IMG/VR virus record: IMGVR_UViG_3300030060_004050
Span: 54,539 to 118,538 of that record
DNA length: 64,000 nucleotides
Direction: 5' to 3' (one strand)
From: a virus
Part shown: piece after piece, positions 29,421-40,160 of the stretch
Layout: each line of letters begins with the position of its first letter
How positions within the stretch are numbered: position 1 is the first letter of the stretch
Made by a program: the position numbers and the translations under genes
The notes under the pieces: generated by a model
Seen by the model: only the letters and a program-made list of their open reading frames with translations
Databases searched by the model: none
What the model was told of the DNA's origin: nothing

Positions 29421-29834
29421 GTGAGCATGGAAAGACAAAAAATATCAGTAGATGATTTAATCGAGGTTGAACTGTACGAAGACGATGACTTTCTTAAAAT
29501 CAAAGAAACATTGACTCGAATAGGGATATCATCACGCAAAGAAAAAAAGTTATATCAATCTTGCCATATCTTACATAAGAGAGGTAAGTATTATATTGTC
29601 CACTTCAAAGAACTTTTTTCTCTGGATGGACTACCTTCAAATCTAACCGAAGAAGATATCGCAAGAAGGAACACCATTGTAAATCTATTAGATGAATGGG
29701 AACTCTGTGAAACTGTCGATCCGGAAAAGACAAAAGATCCAGTCCTAAACATAAAACAATTAAAGATTTTGTCCCACAAAGAAAAACAAGACTGGGAATT
29801 GTGTCCTAAATATCATATAGGAAAGAAGAAGTAA
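29421..29834 (+). CDS. regA: Translational repressor RegA
   Basis: DFLKIKETLTRIGI, LYQSCHILHKRGKYYIVHFKELF, WELCPKYHIG. Confidence 0.97.
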   Translation: MSMERQKISVDDLIEVELYEDDDFLKIKETLTRIGISSRKEKKLYQSCHILHKRGKYYIVHFKELFSLDGLPSNLTEEDIARRNTIVNLLDEWELCETVDPEKTKDPVLNIKQLKILSHKEKQDWELCPKYHIGKKK

Positions 29835-29850
29835 CAGGGGTTTTTATATA

Positions 29851-30537
29851 ATGAAAATTGATATTCGTGATGTGACTTGTCGCTGGATTAACCTAGACAG
29901 CGACACAGAAAATGCTAAAGAAATGGAAACCCAATTTAAAGAACTTGGGTTCGACAACCACAAAAGATTTTCTGCCAGAGTAGTAGATGCACCAGAGGGT
30001 ACTCCGTACAATCTCAGGCATTATGTCGGTTGTGCCCAGTCCCATATTGATGTGTTAACAGAAGAGTTTGATAGCGGACACCTCCTAGTATTGGAGGATG
30101 ATGTTGTTACAACCCCATGGTATAAAGATACAATAGAAGTTCCCGATGACACGGATGCTGTGTATCTTGGTGTTTCGCATGGAAATCAAAATTACCTCGC
30201 ACAAGATATATCAGAGCCGGGTGGAGAATGGTTAGCAAGAATACAGGGAGTATTTGCAACTCACGCCATTCTTTACTTGACAAACAAATACAAGCAAGCA
30301 ACAATCGACATCGCAAAAGAATACGCATACAATCGTAGCACTCCGTTTGACGTTGGTTGTGCAGAAATACAAAAATCGTTTAACGTTGTAACACCACACC
30401 TTCCTTTCTTTTATCAATCCGATGATCGAAGAAATGAAAACAACTGGGGTGATATAACGTCTCAACCATTAAGAATGATGGCTTATGGATCAGGACCACT
30501 AGGACCGGGATACGGTAGAGGACCACAAGGAGGTTAA
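29851..30537 (+). CDS. Glycosyltransferase, family 25-like
   Basis: WINLD, GCAQSH, LVLEDDV, ATHAILY. Confidence 0.7.
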   Translation: MKIDIRDVTCRWINLDSDTENAKEMETQFKELGFDNHKRFSARVVDAPEGTPYNLRHYVGCAQSHIDVLTEEFDSGHLLVLEDDVVTTPWYKDTIEVPDDTDAVYLGVSHGNQNYLAQDISEPGGEWLARIQGVFATHAILYLTNKYKQATIDIAKEYAYNRSTPFDVGCAEIQKSFNVVTPHLPFFYQSDDRRNENNWGDITSQPLRMMAYGSGPLGPGYGRGPQGG

Positions 30538-30538
30538 T

Positions 30539-31420
30539 ATGTTATGTTTTCCAAGATTAGGTGATTACGGTTACTTAGGTAACGCAATGTTCCAGTACTC
30601 TGCTCTACTCGGTATTGCAGATAAACATGGATACACCCCCGTTTATGATTATGAAAAAACAGGGACAATGGTTACCCTTCATGATCATTTTAAGATTACA
30701 AAGGCAGAGCAACTTGAACAATGGAAGCAAGTTCACGGAATGAAGAGAGTTTGGAAAGAACCTCACTTTAATTTTTCCGAATATGCATTTATGGACAAAC
30801 CTCCGCTATCAAGCGAAAGAAAAAAGAAACTTGGTATTGTTGACGAGTCTCCTCCTATCGTTCGAGAAGACACAGGACTAAATGGATACTTCCAGTCAGA
30901 GAAGTATTTCAATCACATTGAAGATACAATTCGATCCGAGTTTACCTTTAGTGATGAGGTGCGGGAACAATGTGAAGAAACAATCAAACCCATTAGAGAG
31001 AAGGACAAGATTGTAGTGTCCTTACATGTTCGATTAGGAGACTACAAGATGCTCGAACATGTCTATGTCCCTCTGGTAAAAACTGATTATTATCAAAAGG
31101 CAATCGCTTACCTATCAAATGAATTTGGTGAGGACAACCTACACTTTATTGTTTTCTCAGATGAACCTCAAATTTGCAAGCAGATTTTTCAAGGAGAGAA
31201 TATTGCTTACGCTGAAGGTGGATCTCAGACTCAAGATATGTGCCTGATGTCAATGTGTGATCACAACATCATCGCTAACAGTTCATTCAGTTGGTGGGGT
31301 GCATGGTTAAACAACAACAAGGACAAGAAGGTAATTGCTCCACACGGTTGGTTCCAACCAAATGAAAAAGATCCAAAGAACACTAAGGATCTATACTGTG
31401 AAGATTGGATTATTCTGTGA
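30539..31420 (+). CDS. Alpha-1,2-fucosyl/colitosyltransferase-like (GT11)
   Basis: GYLGNAMFQY, GYFQSEKYF, LHVRLGDY, FSDE, IIANSSFSWWGAWL. Confidence 0.9.
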   Translation: MLCFPRLGDYGYLGNAMFQYSALLGIADKHGYTPVYDYEKTGTMVTLHDHFKITKAEQLEQWKQVHGMKRVWKEPHFNFSEYAFMDKPPLSSERKKKLGIVDESPPIVREDTGLNGYFQSEKYFNHIEDTIRSEFTFSDEVREQCEETIKPIREKDKIVVSLHVRLGDYKMLEHVYVPLVKTDYYQKAIAYLSNEFGEDNLHFIVFSDEPQICKQIFQGENIAYAEGGSQTQDMCLMSMCDHNIIANSSFSWWGAWLNNNKDKKVIAPHGWFQPNEKDPKNTKDLYCEDWIIL

Positions 31421-33027
31421 AAAACATACTCTCATTTTATGGTGGACATGATGCATCTGTTACGTTTGTTGATAAGCAAGACAGGGTAAGAGTTATCGAA
31501 GTAGAGCGATATGTTAAGCAACGCTACGCTGCTTTCTCTTCATATCAAAACAAAAGATCTTTTGGTATTAGTGATGCGAAGAGATTAGATTTTCTAAATT
31601 ACTTGTATGACTCTGTTTTCGATCCGGAAAAGATCGACACTATTTTATACATGGGTTTGTCTGAAGATGATGCAAATCTAATTAAAAAGTTTTTTCCTAA
31701 TGCAGAGTTTAAACACATGAATCATCATCGTTCACATGCCTATTGTGGACATTACCAGTCGGGTTTTGAAAAGAGTATTATATTTTCAGTAGATGGTGGT
31801 GGTGTGGATCATGGACAGACGGTAACCACAAAAGTATTTTTAGGCAACGGAAACGACATCGAGGAACTTGAAGATTGTAAAATTGATTTCGGAACCGCCT
31901 ACATGTCAGTTGGTAAATATATTTCTGAAATCAAAAAAAAGCAAGACGACTCCCTTGCCTGGGCAGGAAAAATCATGGGACTTTGTGCCTATGGTGAAGT
32001 AAGAGAAGAATGGGTAGAACCCATGACAAGGTTCTATAAAACAATATCAGAAAAAACACATGAAAATATTGCATCTTCTGATCAAAGTTTCGGATCTGAA
32101 ATCATTCAAGAACTGTTTCCAGACACAGTTCTAACTCAAGACTGTCTAAAGGGTAAAGACAGTTATGATCTTGCTGCAACCAGTCAACATGTGTTTGAAG
32201 AACTTTTGTTCGAGTGGATGGAACCATATGTTAACGAATACAGAAGAGATGTTGTTTTAGTTGGTGGGTGTGCATTAAACGTTCTATACAATCAGAGATT
32301 CTCTGAGTATATGTTTGAAAAGAACATGAATAAACTGTACGTTCCACCAAACCCCAATGACTGTGGATTGTCTCTCGGATTTTTCCTAGAGGAGTGTCCT
32401 GAGTTAAGAGGTAAAGATTTCGTGTACGAAGGAATTGAACTCCTAGACAGAGACGATCTACAAAAGCATGTTTCTGAAAGAAACGCGAAAGAAGTCAATA
32501 CATCAGATATTGTTGACATTATCAAACGAGGAGAAATTGTTGGTTTGGTATATGGTGACTCTGAGATCGGACCTAGAGCATTAGGAAACAGAAGTATTAT
32601 CTGTGATCCCTCTTTCGAAAACATGAAGGACATCTTGAACAAGAAAGTAAAGTTTAGAGAGTGGTACAGACCTTTTGCCCCTGTTTCAATGCTACACCAC
32701 TCCAACACATACTTCCACAAGGTGTTCGAATCAAACTACATGAGTTTTGCACCAAAGGTTAAAGAAGAGTATCAGGAAAAACTTCGTGCCATTACTCATG
32801 TTGATGAAACCTCTAGACTACAAACTGTTTGTAAAGTCGGAGGACACCGAGGGTTCATGGACATTCTAGAGGAGTTGAATCGTAGAGAAGAGATCCCTGT
32901 CATTCTAAACACATCTTTTAATATCAGAGGGTATCCGATCCTCACAACGATAGAGGACGCACTTCATGTTCTGGATAATACTGAATTGGATCATGTTGTG
33001 GTAGAGGGTTACTTGTTTTCAAAATGA
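31405..33027 (+). CDS. Carbamoyltransferase (NodU/CmcH family)
   Basis: GHDAS, HHRSHA, GKIMGLCAYG, GGCALNV, GPRALGNRSI, REWYRPFAP, LNTSFN. Confidence 0.92.
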   Translation: MDYSVKNILSFYGGHDASVTFVDKQDRVRVIEVERYVKQRYAAFSSYQNKRSFGISDAKRLDFLNYLYDSVFDPEKIDTILYMGLSEDDANLIKKFFPNAEFKHMNHHRSHAYCGHYQSGFEKSIIFSVDGGGVDHGQTVTTKVFLGNGNDIEELEDCKIDFGTAYMSVGKYISEIKKKQDDSLAWAGKIMGLCAYGEVREEWVEPMTRFYKTISEKTHENIASSDQSFGSEIIQELFPDTVLTQDCLKGKDSYDLAATSQHVFEELLFEWMEPYVNEYRRDVVLVGGCALNVLYNQRFSEYMFEKNMNKLYVPPNPNDCGLSLGFFLEECPELRGKDFVYEGIELLDRDDLQKHVSERNAKEVNTSDIVDIIKRGEIVGLVYGDSEIGPRALGNRSIICDPSFENMKDILNKKVKFREWYRPFAPVSMLHHSNTYFHKVFESNYMSFAPKVKEEYQEKLRAITHVDETSRLQTVCKVGGHRGFMDILEELNRREEIPVILNTSFNIRGYPILTTIEDALHVLDNTELDHVVVEGYLFSK

Positions 33028-33851
33028 AAGTTGCTGAAGAAAAACTAAAATTATTCGTAGTGGGTGTCGATCCTTGCTGGACAGATCCAAAACAAATATA
33101 CCAAACAACAAACTCAAAGTGGACTCTTGATGAATCTGGTGTCAAGATTTTTGTTGATCATATGTTGGTAGAGGGCTTGTCCTGTCCAGACGAAAACAAA
33201 TATGCTTGGATATACGAACCAGCATCTGTCATACCAGACTTCGTTGATCACATAAAAAGTAGTGTGCATCTGTATGCTAAAACATATAATAAACTGTTTA
33301 CCCACAACAGACAGATTGCAAACCTACACGATAATTTTGTTCTTGTAGATCCCGGTTTTCCTAGTTGGATTGATTCACCAAAGATACACAAGAAGTCCAA
33401 AGTAGCGTCTATGATTACCTCCACGAAAAACTTTACACCGGGACACCGACATAGAATACATTGGGCGAATAAACTTCATGGACAGTTGGATCTATATGGA
33501 AGAGGACATAACGAAATTGAGTCAAAGGAAGACGGACTAAATGACTACATGTTCTCGGTTAGTCTGGAAAATGATGATACCGTATACACCGAAAAACTCT
33601 TAGATTGTTTTCTAACAGGCACTGTACCCATTTATTGGGGAAGCGATGATGTTAAAAATATTTTTAATAACGACGGAATCATATGGATTGACAGCAACTT
33701 TAGCGTAGATTCCTTGACAGAGGAACTATATAATTCTAAGAAAGAAGCAATACAAGAGAACTTTGAAATTGCAAAACAGGTAAACAAAGGCATCCCGGAA
33801 ATGGTAGACTTTTTCGTTGATGATTATATTTTAGGAGATATAAATGAGTGA
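33024..33851 (+). CDS. Fucosyltransferase-like glycosyltransferase (GT10-like)
   Basis: YMFSVSLEN...YTEKLLDCFLTGTVPIYWG resembles the GT10 alpha-1,3-FucT motif. Confidence 0.75.
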   Translation: MKVAEEKLKLFVVGVDPCWTDPKQIYQTTNSKWTLDESGVKIFVDHMLVEGLSCPDENKYAWIYEPASVIPDFVDHIKSSVHLYAKTYNKLFTHNRQIANLHDNFVLVDPGFPSWIDSPKIHKKSKVASMITSTKNFTPGHRHRIHWANKLHGQLDLYGRGHNEIESKEDGLNDYMFSVSLENDDTVYTEKLLDCFLTGTVPIYWGSDDVKNIFNNDGIIWIDSNFSVDSLTEELYNSKKEAIQENFEIAKQVNKGIPEMVDFFVDDYILGDINE

Positions 33852-35103
33852 TATTCCAGAACTAGGATTGTGCATGATTGTCAAAAACGAAGAGCATGTT
33901 ATTGAAAGATGCTTGGAGTCTATTCACAAATATATTGGATACTGGGTAATTTGTGACACAGGATCTACAGACAAAACAAAAGAAGTCATCGAGTCATTTT
34001 TCGAAAAGAAGGGAATCCCCGGTGAGGTAGTTGACATTCCTTGGGAGGGATTCGGTGCATCTCGAACGAAGGCACTTGAATGTGCTAAGGGAAAAATGAA
34101 GTATGCATGGATGATTGACGCAGACGATAGCGTCGAGGGAACTCCAAAACTACCCAACCTTAGCAATCCTGTTGATGGTTACTCCTTGAAAATTAAAAGA
34201 GGTGACTTTACATGGTGGAGAAATCATATTTTCAGACTAGAAAGTAACTGGAGATATGAGGGTGTTCTTCACGAATATGCAACATGTGATGCAGGCGCTG
34301 CTATGGTTTGTCTACCAATGAATGGAAATTACCATATCGAAGCAAGAACAGAGGGTGGTAGAAACGTCGATGTGACATCTCAAGAAAAGTATCTCAAAGA
34401 TGCTGAAGTGATTATGGATGCACTTACAAACGAAAAGTCTCCACACTATGAACCAGAAAACAGTCGGTATATCTTTTACCTTGCTCAAAGTTACTTCGAT
34501 GCTGGTGAATATGAACTCGCAAAGGAGTGGTATATTCAAAGAGCAAAGGCAGGAGGATGGGAAGAAGAAGTATTCTATGCGATGTATCGTGTAGGTATTT
34601 GTAACGTTCTTCTTGAACGTCCATGGCAAGAAATTCAAGATGCTTTTATGCAAGCATGGTCATATCGTCCTTGTAGAATTGAACCTCTGTGGCAGATTTC
34701 AAGACTCTATAGGCAGAACGGAAACCCAAGACTAGCATATCTGTTTGCAAACCAAGGACTGGGTGTTCCCTTCCCCGAACAAGATATTCTTTTCCTTGCT
34801 CACGACATTTGGGACTGGCAAATTCTAGACGAAGTTGCAGCAACCGCATACTATGTTCATGAATTTGAAAAGGGACTTGCTGCATCTAATATGCTGCTGA
34901 AGAATCCCAACTTCCCCAAAGAGCATCACGAAAGAACTCTAACAAATATCAAACTATATCAAGAAGCACTAGCAAACAAGCAAAAAGCAATACAAGAGAG
35001 AGAAGAGCGTCTGAAAGGACACTCTGACTATGGTGCTACTTCAAAGAAAAGACCTGAAAGAAAGAAGTCATTTAAGAAGAGAAAGAAACAAAAGGCAAGG
35101 TAA
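33844..35103 (+). CDS. GT2 glycosyltransferase with TPR repeats
   Basis: LCMIVKNEEHVIERCL, DTGSTD, IDAD (DxD), VLHE, then helical FYLAQSY/YRVG repeats. Confidence 0.85.
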   Translation: MSDIPELGLCMIVKNEEHVIERCLESIHKYIGYWVICDTGSTDKTKEVIESFFEKKGIPGEVVDIPWEGFGASRTKALECAKGKMKYAWMIDADDSVEGTPKLPNLSNPVDGYSLKIKRGDFTWWRNHIFRLESNWRYEGVLHEYATCDAGAAMVCLPMNGNYHIEARTEGGRNVDVTSQEKYLKDAEVIMDALTNEKSPHYEPENSRYIFYLAQSYFDAGEYELAKEWYIQRAKAGGWEEEVFYAMYRVGICNVLLERPWQEIQDAFMQAWSYRPCRIEPLWQISRLYRQNGNPRLAYLFANQGLGVPFPEQDILFLAHDIWDWQILDEVAATAYYVHEFEKGLAASNMLLKNPNFPKEHHERTLTNIKLYQEALANKQKAIQEREERLKGHSDYGATSKKRPERKKSFKKRKKQKAR

Positions 35104-35133
35104 TAATTTTCCTAAATACAATAGGAGAAACAT

Positions 35134-35598
35134 ATGGCAGCAGGCGAATATGACATTTTAGCAGAGCAAGGTACGACCTTCAAGTTATCTTTAACCTATA
35201 AAGACTCATCGGATGCGGTGATTGATCTGGAAGGACAAACGGGTAATATGCAAGTGCGTAGATCCGTTAGTGACAATCAGGCACTACTGTTCCTTTCTGG
35301 TCCTACGGGATCACATGTTGCACCGGGAATCCGAGGATCGTTGACAGGTGGTGGATCCACTGGAGAATTTACCACCGGAACTACTCAAGGACAAACCGGA
35401 ACTGGCGGTGTTATGCTTAACACCAGTTCTACTGGTGGAACAGGGACAACTGGTGGAATCTATATTCAAATTGATTCATCTACAATGGCAAACGTACCTG
35501 CTGGTAACCACATTTATGATTTAGAATTGGTTTCGGGTTCATCTGTAACTAGAATTCTACAGGGTAGATTCGAGGTAACTGCGGAAGTCACTAGATGA
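35134..35598 (+). CDS. Fibre-attachment/collar beta-sandwich protein with Thr/Gly-rich insert
   Basis: [11 protein letters not shown]...YDLEL...[10 protein letters not shown] pattern seen upstream of phage fibre genes; CTAAATA late-like box and AGGAG upstream. Confidence 0.55.
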   Translation: MAAGEYDILAEQGTTFKLSLTYKDSSDAVIDLEGQTGNMQVRRSVSDNQALLFLSGPTGSHVAPGIRGSLTGGGSTGEFTTGTTQGQTGTGGVMLNTSSTGGTGTTGGIYIQIDSSTMANVPAGNHIYDLELVSGSSVTRILQGRFEVTAEVTR

Positions 35599-37805
35599 GT
35601 TTCAAGATTGTAGTAAACGATAACAACGAACCAAACAAAGTCGTAGTAAACAACGACATTGTTACTGTTATCGCTCAATCCATAGAAGAAGATTCCACTA
35701 GTGTCTTCATTAATTCTCCGTCTGGGGTAGGACCTGGTGGAGATAAAGGTGATCCGGGAGCAACAGGAACCACAGGTTCTACAGGTCCAACAGGCGCTCA
35801 GGGAACTACTGGAACCACAGGGACTACAGGAACCACTGGTGCAACTGGTGCAACTGGTTCACAGGGTGTTCAGGGTATTCAAGGAACTACTGGAACCACT
35901 GGAACCACAGGGGCAACTGGCGCTACTGGTTCACAAGGTGTTCAGGGTATTCAAGGAACCACTGGGACTACCGGAACTACAGGCACGACAGGTGCAACAG
36001 GCGCGACAGGTGCAGATGGAAGTCAAGGTGTACAAGGAACAACTGGCACTACGGGTTCCACAGGAACCATAGGAAGGGTAGGAATTTGCGGTGGTTCTTC
36101 GTTCGACAATAATGAATCTCTTCTGTTCTTCTCTACAACCGATGGTTTAACATTAACATCATCTCAAAGTGGGACGGTAACTAAAGTCTTGTTTGATGGT
36201 GATGGACTTCTTGGTGCTGGTATGCAGGAAGCATTGTATACCTACGGTTTGACTAGTGGTGAATTGAATGCAGTTTCTCCGTCAAGCAATGGTGAATTGC
36301 TATTCAACGAAACCAACAACCAATTAGGAATTTTTAAATTTGACAACAGCGGCAGGGATTTCAGAACACAACTTTCTTCTGCTATAAACAATAATGCCAC
36401 TGGTAGAGTTGTCTTGAGATTCGATGATGGTATTCAAGCCAGATCATTTGAATTTGACGGAACTGATTCCGATGCTGTGTATAACGGAACGTTTTTCAGA
36501 ATTCCAGTTACTCAAATTAACGGCGGAACAGCAGGTAGCGGTAAAATAGTTGGGGTTGAAATTGAACTAGACAACCAGACTATGGGACCTGGTACAGCAT
36601 TCCGTCTTCCCGGTGGAGGAGAAACTTTCACCAGCGTTGTCACAATGCTTAATGGATTTACTGGTGGTATCACGCTCAATCACGGAGCAGGAATTACCAC
36701 TGCTGGTGCATCTGCCACTGGTATAACAATAGGGATTGATCCCTCCTCCACAATAAAGGTTGCAGGAATTTCATGCGATGGTGGTGCTACGTTTGGTAAT
36801 AATGTTAGATTCACCTCCGGCAATCACCTCGATATGGGAGAATCTACAATCCGAGGAGGAGGTAGTGCTGGTAATGCGTTGATGGGACTTGACCTCAATG
36901 AAACCCGACACTCCTTACAATTTGGTGAAATTGATACCGAACGCAACTCTACTATTCTTTTTATAAATGATCTTAATAAAGAGTATACTTTTTCCGCAGA
37001 TAGTGGTTGCACGGTAGACATCAATGGAAAACTTGAAGTGAGTGGACTGGTTGAGGCCACTGCTGGTATCGCTTCCGGTAAGGGAATAACATTTGCAAAT
37101 GATTCGGATATAATTTTTAATGGTGCATCATCTTCTTCGATCATTCAAAACGGCAACACCGTAGTGTTGTTTGATGATGCTAATGGACTTGTTAGATTTC
37201 CTGTTTTTGCAGTTGATATCGAGCAAAGACTCTCGCATGAGGGAGATAGTGACACATACTTAGACTTCACTACTAACAATTTAAAGATTCTTACAGGCGG
37301 AAATACCGCATTCAATGCTAACGCCACAGGCACAAATATTGGTGGAGTATCATTCGGAGTCACCGCCGGCGGAGTGACATTTGGTGGTCCAATAACATTC
37401 CCCGATGGAACAACACAATCTACCGCCGCAGATAAACAAGAAACTGTTGCACACTTTACTTTAACTTCATCCAGCGGACTTACCTCCGGTTCTAGAATTC
37501 ATAACTTACACTTTGTTCCTTTCAATGCAACAGCAAAACAGATAGGCATAAAAACTTGCGTCACTGGTGGAATCACCGCATCAATTCTTGCTGCTAACTT
37601 TGCATCTCCATTTGGTGCAACCCAAGCATCAGGAACAAGAACAATCGCAACACTAAACGCAGCAACCGCATCCTTTGGTGCAACAGGAACAACGATGTCC
37701 TCGGCAGCAATTACCGGAGGTTCCTTCTTGTACCTTAAGATCGACGGAATATCTTTCCCAGGCATTACTGGTGTTCAAGCATTCTTGACGTATGAGAGGT
37801 CATAA
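35595..37805 (+). CDS. Fibre protein with Thr-rich collagen-like repeat
   Basis: 38 consecutive G-X-Y triplets near the N-terminus, then G/T-rich beta-type domains. Confidence 0.75.
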   Translation: MSFKIVVNDNNEPNKVVVNNDIVTVIAQSIEEDSTSVFINSPSGVGPGGDKGDPGATGTTGSTGPTGAQGTTGTTGTTGTTGATGATGSQGVQGIQGTTGTTGTTGATGATGSQGVQGIQGTTGTTGTTGTTGATGATGADGSQGVQGTTGTTGSTGTIGRVGICGGSSFDNNESLLFFSTTDGLTLTSSQSGTVTKVLFDGDGLLGAGMQEALYTYGLTSGELNAVSPSSNGELLFNETNNQLGIFKFDNSGRDFRTQLSSAINNNATGRVVLRFDDGIQARSFEFDGTDSDAVYNGTFFRIPVTQINGGTAGSGKIVGVEIELDNQTMGPGTAFRLPGGGETFTSVVTMLNGFTGGITLNHGAGITTAGASATGITIGIDPSSTIKVAGISCDGGATFGNNVRFTSGNHLDMGESTIRGGGSAGNALMGLDLNETRHSLQFGEIDTERNSTILFINDLNKEYTFSADSGCTVDINGKLEVSGLVEATAGIASGKGITFANDSDIIFNGASSSSIIQNGNTVVLFDDANGLVRFPVFAVDIEQRLSHEGDSDTYLDFTTNNLKILTGGNTAFNANATGTNIGGVSFGVTAGGVTFGGPITFPDGTTQSTAADKQETVAHFTLTSSSGLTSGSRIHNLHFVPFNATAKQIGIKTCVTGGITASILAANFASPFGATQASGTRTIATLNAATASFGATGTTMSSAAITGGSFLYLKIDGISFPGITGVQAFLTYERS
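35739..36080 (+). repeat. Collagen-like coding repeat ([15 protein letters not shown] units)
   Basis: 38 G-X-Y triplets, 24 with Thr at Y; the block [18 protein letters not shown] recurs. Confidence 0.9.
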
Positions 37806-38977
37806 TGGCACTAACTGATGTATTCATTTCACCCGCTGGTGCTGGAGATAACTCTGGTAGTTCTGTTGCAAACGCTCTCCCTGCGATTAGCAGTGGTGAT
37901 TGGTCAACGAACATCGAAGGACTCGACCGAGCAAACAAGAGATTTGTGTTTCTTACTGGAACTTATGATGTTACAACCAAGTTGACATTCAGTGGTTCTG
38001 CTCCATCAGCAACCCAACCAAATCAATGGATCGGTGCAGACTCAAGTGGAAATCCTCTTCGACCAAAGTTTGATGAATCAGGTCTTCGACTGGTCACGAC
38101 AGACTATCCTAAATTTGTGTGTAGTACGAATGTCGCAATGGTTGATACAGAAGAAAACACATACTACAAGTGCTTATCGTTTGAAAACACAAGCACATCG
38201 TACTCCCTAACTTCTATTATTGAAACCACAACTACCGATGTTGACCAACAAATGTGGTTTGGTTGTGAATTTAAAACAGAGTATTCCCGTGCCAGTAGTA
38301 CGCTTGTTGTCATGACTGTTACCACCGCCGCTTTTTCAGATTGTGTATTTGAAGTAGGGGGTGGTGGAGGTTTTTCTCAGTTCGACTGCGTGGTAGAAGC
38401 GACTAGTAACAATACATTTGACAATTGTAGGATTATTGGTCCATTCTCCCCAGCGGACCCCCAACTCGTTGGTTCCGCTGGAGATCAAGTTGGATTGAGA
38501 ATAACTGCACTTACAACGAAGGTGAGAAACTGTGTGATTACGAGAGTGAATGGAACTGCGGTTGAACTTGAATTCTCAAACACTAAGACAGAAATTGATG
38601 TTGCTCATTGTACCATTTGTGATGCGAATGATGGAATCGTCACCAGCAGTGCCGCTTCCGCACTCCCCGGAAAAGGTTCGTTAGAGGGAAACATTGTATT
38701 TGGTTGCAGTTCTAATGGGATAGAGACGAACGCGGATGACTCCCGACAATCTGGCGCACAGATATTAGCAATGGGTTCTAATGGTAGTAATTTTGATTCC
38801 AACATGGACTCATACGAAGACATGATTGATGTAATTGCAATTACGACTGGTGACTTTTTTGATTACAACAACCAAGACTTCAGAATCAAGAGAGATTCTC
38901 CTTTGTATAAATTTTACGGAACTAGAAACTTTGGTGCGATTCAAAACGAGGACTTTGAAATAGGATCGGTAGGATAA
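37805..38977 (+). CDS. Right-handed beta-helix (pectin lyase-like) virion or carbohydrate-binding protein
   Basis: DVFISPAGAGDNSGSS start; periodic FSDCVF/FDNCRI/VRNCVI/VAHCTI/LEGNIV stacks. Confidence 0.65.
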   Translation: MALTDVFISPAGAGDNSGSSVANALPAISSGDWSTNIEGLDRANKRFVFLTGTYDVTTKLTFSGSAPSATQPNQWIGADSSGNPLRPKFDESGLRLVTTDYPKFVCSTNVAMVDTEENTYYKCLSFENTSTSYSLTSIIETTTTDVDQQMWFGCEFKTEYSRASSTLVVMTVTTAAFSDCVFEVGGGGGFSQFDCVVEATSNNTFDNCRIIGPFSPADPQLVGSAGDQVGLRITALTTKVRNCVITRVNGTAVELEFSNTKTEIDVAHCTICDANDGIVTSSAASALPGKGSLEGNIVFGCSSNGIETNADDSRQSGAQILAMGSNGSNFDSNMDSYEDMIDVIAITTGDFFDYNNQDFRIKRDSPLYKFYGTRNFGAIQNEDFEIGSVG

Positions 38978-38981
38978 AAAA

Positions 38982-39479
38982 ATGAAATATGAAGTAAACA
39001 TACCAGCGGGAGTTTCGGGAGACTACAAAATAGTTGAAGGACTCGACACCATCTTACAACAAAACATCAATGGTGAGTGGTTAACTATAATGGCAGATAG
39101 TGAACTGGAGGCGCACCAAGCAAAAGAATTCTTAGATGCTGCCACTGGAGATGTTTTACTTGCTGGACTTGGAATCGGAATGGTTCTTCAACCACTAATC
39201 GATAACGACAATGTTACCAGTATCACCGTAGTAGAAAAATTTCAAGAAGTTATTGATTTGGTGTGGACACATACACCATCGTCGAGTAAGATTACTCTAG
39301 TAAATGATGACATATACACATGGACTCCTGACAAAAATTACGATGTTGCTTGGTTTGATTCTTTCATAAATCCCATAGACGGATTAGACAACTTGGGAGA
39401 ATATAAGACTCAAATGCAAAATAAATATGAGAACATCGTTGGTTCTGGTTTCTTCTGGCCATCTCATCAAGGTTGGTAA
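38982..39479 (+). CDS. Class I SAM-dependent methyltransferase (spermidine synthase-like fold)
   Basis: DVLLAGLGIG, VVEK, DDIY, YDVAWFD. Confidence 0.75.
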   Translation: MKYEVNIPAGVSGDYKIVEGLDTILQQNINGEWLTIMADSELEAHQAKEFLDAATGDVLLAGLGIGMVLQPLIDNDNVTSITVVEKFQEVIDLVWTHTPSSSKITLVNDDIYTWTPDKNYDVAWFDSFINPIDGLDNLGEYKTQMQNKYENIVGSGFFWPSHQGW

Positions 39480-39500
39480 ACAAAAGGAAAACTTTACATT

Positions 39501-40160
39501 ATGAAAATTGATATTCGTGAAATGAGAACCAAGTGGATCAATCTCGACAAAGATACCACTAAAGCCGAACAAATGATAACTCTACTAGACAGTCATGGGT
39601 TTACTTCCCATGACCGTTTTAATGCAATGTGTGAAGACGAAGAGTTCGGAATTACAAGAGATAACTGTCAATGGTTCGGAACTCATATGTGTGGACTGTC
39701 TCATAGAAAACTTTTACAAGACACAATTATAGCAGATGGAAAACCTATCTTTGTTTTAGAAGACGACGTTGAAGTAGAGATGGATAAAATTAAATATGAG
39801 ATTGAAGTTCCCGATGATGCCGATGCTGTCTATCTAGGAACTTCTCAGGGCGATTGTAACTACTCTGCCATAAGTGTAAACGAAGATATAGCAAGGGTAG
39901 AGAGAATATTTGCCACACATGCAATCATTCATTTCAACCCAGAATACTCCAAAGCAGTAGCAAAAATAACTGAGGATGCAGTCAAAGGTGATGGACCTTT
40001 TGATGTTGGTATAGCGTATGGTGTACAAAAAGACTTCAACGTATACGCAGTAAAAACTCCATACTTTTATCAAGCAGATTCAAAGAATACCGTGAACAAA
40101 TACGAGTACATAACTCGAATCCCACTACTTTTAAATGATGAGGAATCTAACTTACTATGA
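39501..40160 (+). CDS. Glycosyltransferase family 25-like, paralog of 29851-30537
   Basis: MKIDIR..WINLD, CGLSH, VLEDDV, EVPDDADAVYLG, FATHAI. Confidence 0.7.
   Translation: MKIDIREMRTKWINLDKDTTKAEQMITLLDSHGFTSHDRFNAMCEDEEFGITRDNCQWFGTHMCGLSHRKLLQDTIIADGKPIFVLEDDVEVEMDKIKYEIEVPDDADAVYLGTSQGDCNYSAISVNEDIARVERIFATHAIIHFNPEYSKAVAKITEDAVKGDGPFDVGIAYGVQKDFNVYAVKTPYFYQADSKNTVNKYEYITRIPLLLNDEESNLL

Noticed and set aside
29851-35103. DNA glucosylation (T4 agt/bgt-like) as the purpose of the glycosyltransferases
   Set aside because: No dCMP hydroxymethylase-like gene in the window; ordinary dut and thyX are present; the GT families seen act on glycans and proteins. Disfavoured rather than excluded, since the rest of the genome is unseen
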